DNA of 53,823 nt, counting the filler, from Sluysia triapertura (Eukaryota), in the NCBI GenBank assembly GCA_046118255.1. It is 4 parts of 4 records of this genome, joined end to end, with 100 filler letters (N's around TTAATTAATTAA, not from the genome) between each part and the next. Parts side by side here need not be neighbours in the genome. Positions count along the whole stretch, not along the records: positions 43,055 to 53,823 come from JBJNIA010193715.1; 3 more parts are not named here. One strand, given 5' to 3'. The stretch's first letter is position 1. Each line of letters starts with the position of its first letter. Shown piece by piece: positions 50,680 to 53,823 of this stretch. A program made the position numbers and the translations under genes. The notes below the pieces were generated by a model. It worked only from the letters and a program-made list of their open reading frames with translations. It was not told the DNA's origin and made no database searches.

Positions 50680-53600
50680 ATAACTCAATGTCCCTGATGA
50701 AGCCTCTGTTACTTCAGCCGTCGAAAATGGTATTGATCTTGATGACTGCACCACCTATGTTTCTTCAACTTGCAATACATTTCATGATAATGCTCACATC
50801 ATTACCGCAAGGTGATACGCAGATCCTGTACACGGTCAATCTCCTACCACTGTCGGTGTACTTTCTGCGGGATTACTCATAGTGTAATCCTAATGTTGGC
50901 AGTAGCCTTAAGCGTCACCAACTTAAGAAGCATAATTTTAAAGGAAATCATGTCATTGTTAAATACTCCCTTCTTTTCGATAGTCTGGTTTCTCTTTCCA
51001 ATCACATGGTAAAACATACTACAGCTACTTCACCTACTAAAGACCACCCACCGTTCTCTGAACGTTATCATGAATTTCTTTGATGCATACATCCCTGACA
51101 CTAACTGAGTAGTAATTGATTCCACCATGGCCAACTTAGCAATGTTCAATGATGAACAAGCATTTCTCAATCATTTCCCCCTGAATTCTTAATTTGGGAA
51201 CATTTTTACTGGATTTTGAAAATTAATAAACACTAGATTCTTCTTATTTTCAACAGAGATTCTAACTTCTACTCATTACACTCATCTCCACATCGCGTGT
51301 CCCTTTTATGTGACTTTCTTTAAAATGTTATGATCGCATACAATACACTACCAGTGTATCCAGCTAAACAATATTTTGTATATAAAGTCATTCCTTATCC
51401 AACTCAAATTGGTTCTACTGATTGCGGTCCCTTCTGACATTGCTTTGCAATATAAGAGCAATCCCAATGTACTAATCCCATCCTGATATTGTTGCTACAA
51501 GAGAAATAATTAAAACATTGTTGCTCACTCTATTAAACTTCCATCTGAGACGAAAGCTAAATACCCATATCCTTCTCTTGAGTCCCTTTCTGACGATGAA
51601 GTCTTTCGGAATTCTGTGATTTAATACATGGGTTGTTTCCACCCAAATTCCCAACATTTTGTGTCAGTTTAAAAAATCTCTCACTGAACCAAACAAAGAA
51701 AACTTCCAGCAAAATCAATTTAAGGCATTCCCATTAATAACTGGTACTTCCTGTCCTCCAGTTACACCTTCAGCTATTGAAATTACTAAAGTTCTACTAC
51801 TGTTCCTCCTTTTGACCCATAATAACTTGATACACTGCCATACTCTATGGACATATATACAAATAACCCAATTACTGAACAAGAAATCTTAGCTACTTTG
51901 AAATTCTGTAAAAAATCTGCTCCAGACAAAACAATCACGCTTGAACATATTGAAAACGTGGATCCATCAAGTAAATTTTTATGTCTTCTTTTTAATAAAA
52001 TTATTTCTATCCAAAAAATACCGCGGGCCTGGAAGAATCTTACCACCCTTCTTATAATAAAACCTAATAAATTTCACATTGCGCATGAGGTCTCATCTTG
52101 GCGTCATATTGCTATACTTGATTGCTATATATCGCATTTTTACCAAGATAATTAACGGCCGCCTTCTCTCCTGGATACATGCTGGCAATATTATCAGTGC
52201 TCATCAGGCTGCGCTTCTGCGTTCTGATGGTTTCACGGAGCATCCACTACAGGAAATTATTACTTTCCTAAATCACAAAAAGGCTACGAAGATTGAGCTG
52301 CATATTATATATATATTCCTCGACTTAACTAATGCTTTTGGGTCATGGGTCTGAACCAACACACCCTTAATCTTTTTAGGGACCTATGTGTGGATACTAG
52401 CGCAGTTTACAAATGCAATAACCTCACTATTGATCCTGTTCCAATTAGATATGCTGTAAAACAAGGTTGCTCTATTTCAATGATTCTTTTTTGTTTGGCC
52501 ATTGATTACTTATTTCATAGGTTCACCTCCACGAAGGATTACATTTCAATTAGTAGAATATCATTTCCCTCCTATCTTGCCTATGCAAATGATATTGCAC
52601 CTATTGTTACTTCGAATAAACACCTACAACAGAATCTCAATTACATAGTAGGACATTTTAAATCTGCTAATCTGATCTTCCGCCCTATTAAGTGTTTCTT
52701 TTCCACAATATCCCTAATTCGACAAATATTTCTGTCTTCATTGATGGCACCCAAATTTTAAATATGAAATATGGTGAAAATGCGATCATTTTGTGAACTT
52801 AAAAAACAAAACCTGAATGACCTTATTGGGGAGAACATAACAATGGTCAAAAAATCAAAGACTCTAGATTAAGTTGCAAAAACAAATTTCTTATGTTCCA
52901 CAACTTTATTCACTCGCGCCTTTCATTTCAGTTGCACAATCTAAATATTAATACCCTAATCCTTACGCACGACAATCCAAAAACCTTTCCCAATCTGTTG
53001 AATATGACGAAAAAATAAACCATCTATTCAAGGACTTCGTGGGATTGAAAGTAGAGAGAAAGTAGGTAAATATCTTCATGAACTGATTAACATCTCCAAT
53101 ACCAACACTTGGAAATCCCACAAAATCCAAGGTCGCTTTGTTGAATGTTTCATGAAAAGTCCTCTATCTGGTCGCCCGTTTTCTTAAACAACCAGAGTTA
53201 GATTTTTATGATTAAGGCAAGAAACAGTATTCTCACGCTTAATTTGTCTCCATAAAACATTCGACTGCATTTTCCCATTAGGTGTGACTTTGAACGGGAA
53301 ACAATTGCCCATGTATTATGTCTTTGCCCTCGAAATATCATTGGCCGTACAGTCAGACATAATAAGATTCTCGAATGTCTACTTAGTCAATTTAAACAAA
53401 TGGGCTTCTCAGTCAAAATGGATTCGCAAACTCCCCTTACTGGTGACTATCGAAGACCTGATGTACAACTTTTTCTCATTGATGTTAAGTCGCCGATTGA
53501 TGATTATGAGAAATTTAAGGCGGCCTGAACTTTCAATATTAAGAAATATTCCGACCTGAGAAATAAGCTCCAAATATAACTTAAATGTCAGGTTTCCCTT

Positions 53601-53823
53601 GACACGTTTGTCGTTGGCTCTTGGGATTCTGAAAATGATTTCTGAAAAACTATTTCTTTCTGACTTATCAATGGTATGCTTGTGGTTCTATAGTTCAACA
53701 ATTATCGACATTTATTATGACCACATTTATTATTAACACAAGTGGGAGCAGCAGCACGAATAACAATTTCTTAAATGGACAATCAGTATCAGCCTTATTA
53801 CATTAACTACTTTTTATATAAAT
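50680..53823 (+). mobile_element. Degenerate RLE-type non-LTR retrotransposon (NeSL/Utopia/R2-group)
   Basis: RT motifs PITEQEI, KSAP, IPRAWK, WRHIAIL, YRIFTKII..RL, FLDLTNAFGS, VKQGCSISMILF and LAYAND. Zinc knuckle C...ETIAHVLCLC (~53283), RHNKI and RRPD endonuclease motif. Cys-rich N-terminal piece. 5' boundary approximate. Confidence 0.9.

Noticed and set aside
50694-50730. Hammerhead-like CTGATGA...GAAA at the 5' end of the RLE element
   Set aside because: No stem II pairing between the boxes and no stem III/NUH; reads as ordinary coding-like sequence.

Overview
Very AT-rich eukaryotic DNA, almost certainly a divergent metazoan. It consists of four contigs joined by artificial 100-bp linkers (44N-TTAATTAATTAA-44N). 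It has spliceosomal GT-AG introns, including one of 38 nt, and uses the standard genetic code. Only one long intact gene is evident: a two-exon adenylate cyclase 9-like gene (44208-47828, minus) whose key catalytic residues are substituted. The rest is transposon relics and broken fragments of unrelated host genes. The relics are two LINE families, an RLE-type non-LTR retrotransposon, Tc1/mariner, piggyBac and hAT MITEs, and a large (~2.7-kb unit) non-coding repeat. The host fragments are a ZIP transporter, dynein-like, three cadherins, a PPIP5K exon, RWD/RING-like, Rab8-like, an EF-hand and unkempt. The most striking signal is a 141-161 bp element present twice (9420-9560, 15820-15980). Each copy has TG...CA ends, its own perfect 4-bp target-site duplication and an embedded tRNA-derived Pol III cassette, making it a candidate tRNA-carrying mini-LTR or integrase-mobilised element. 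All family assignments come from reading motifs by eye; no database search was run, and boundaries of degenerate features are approximate.
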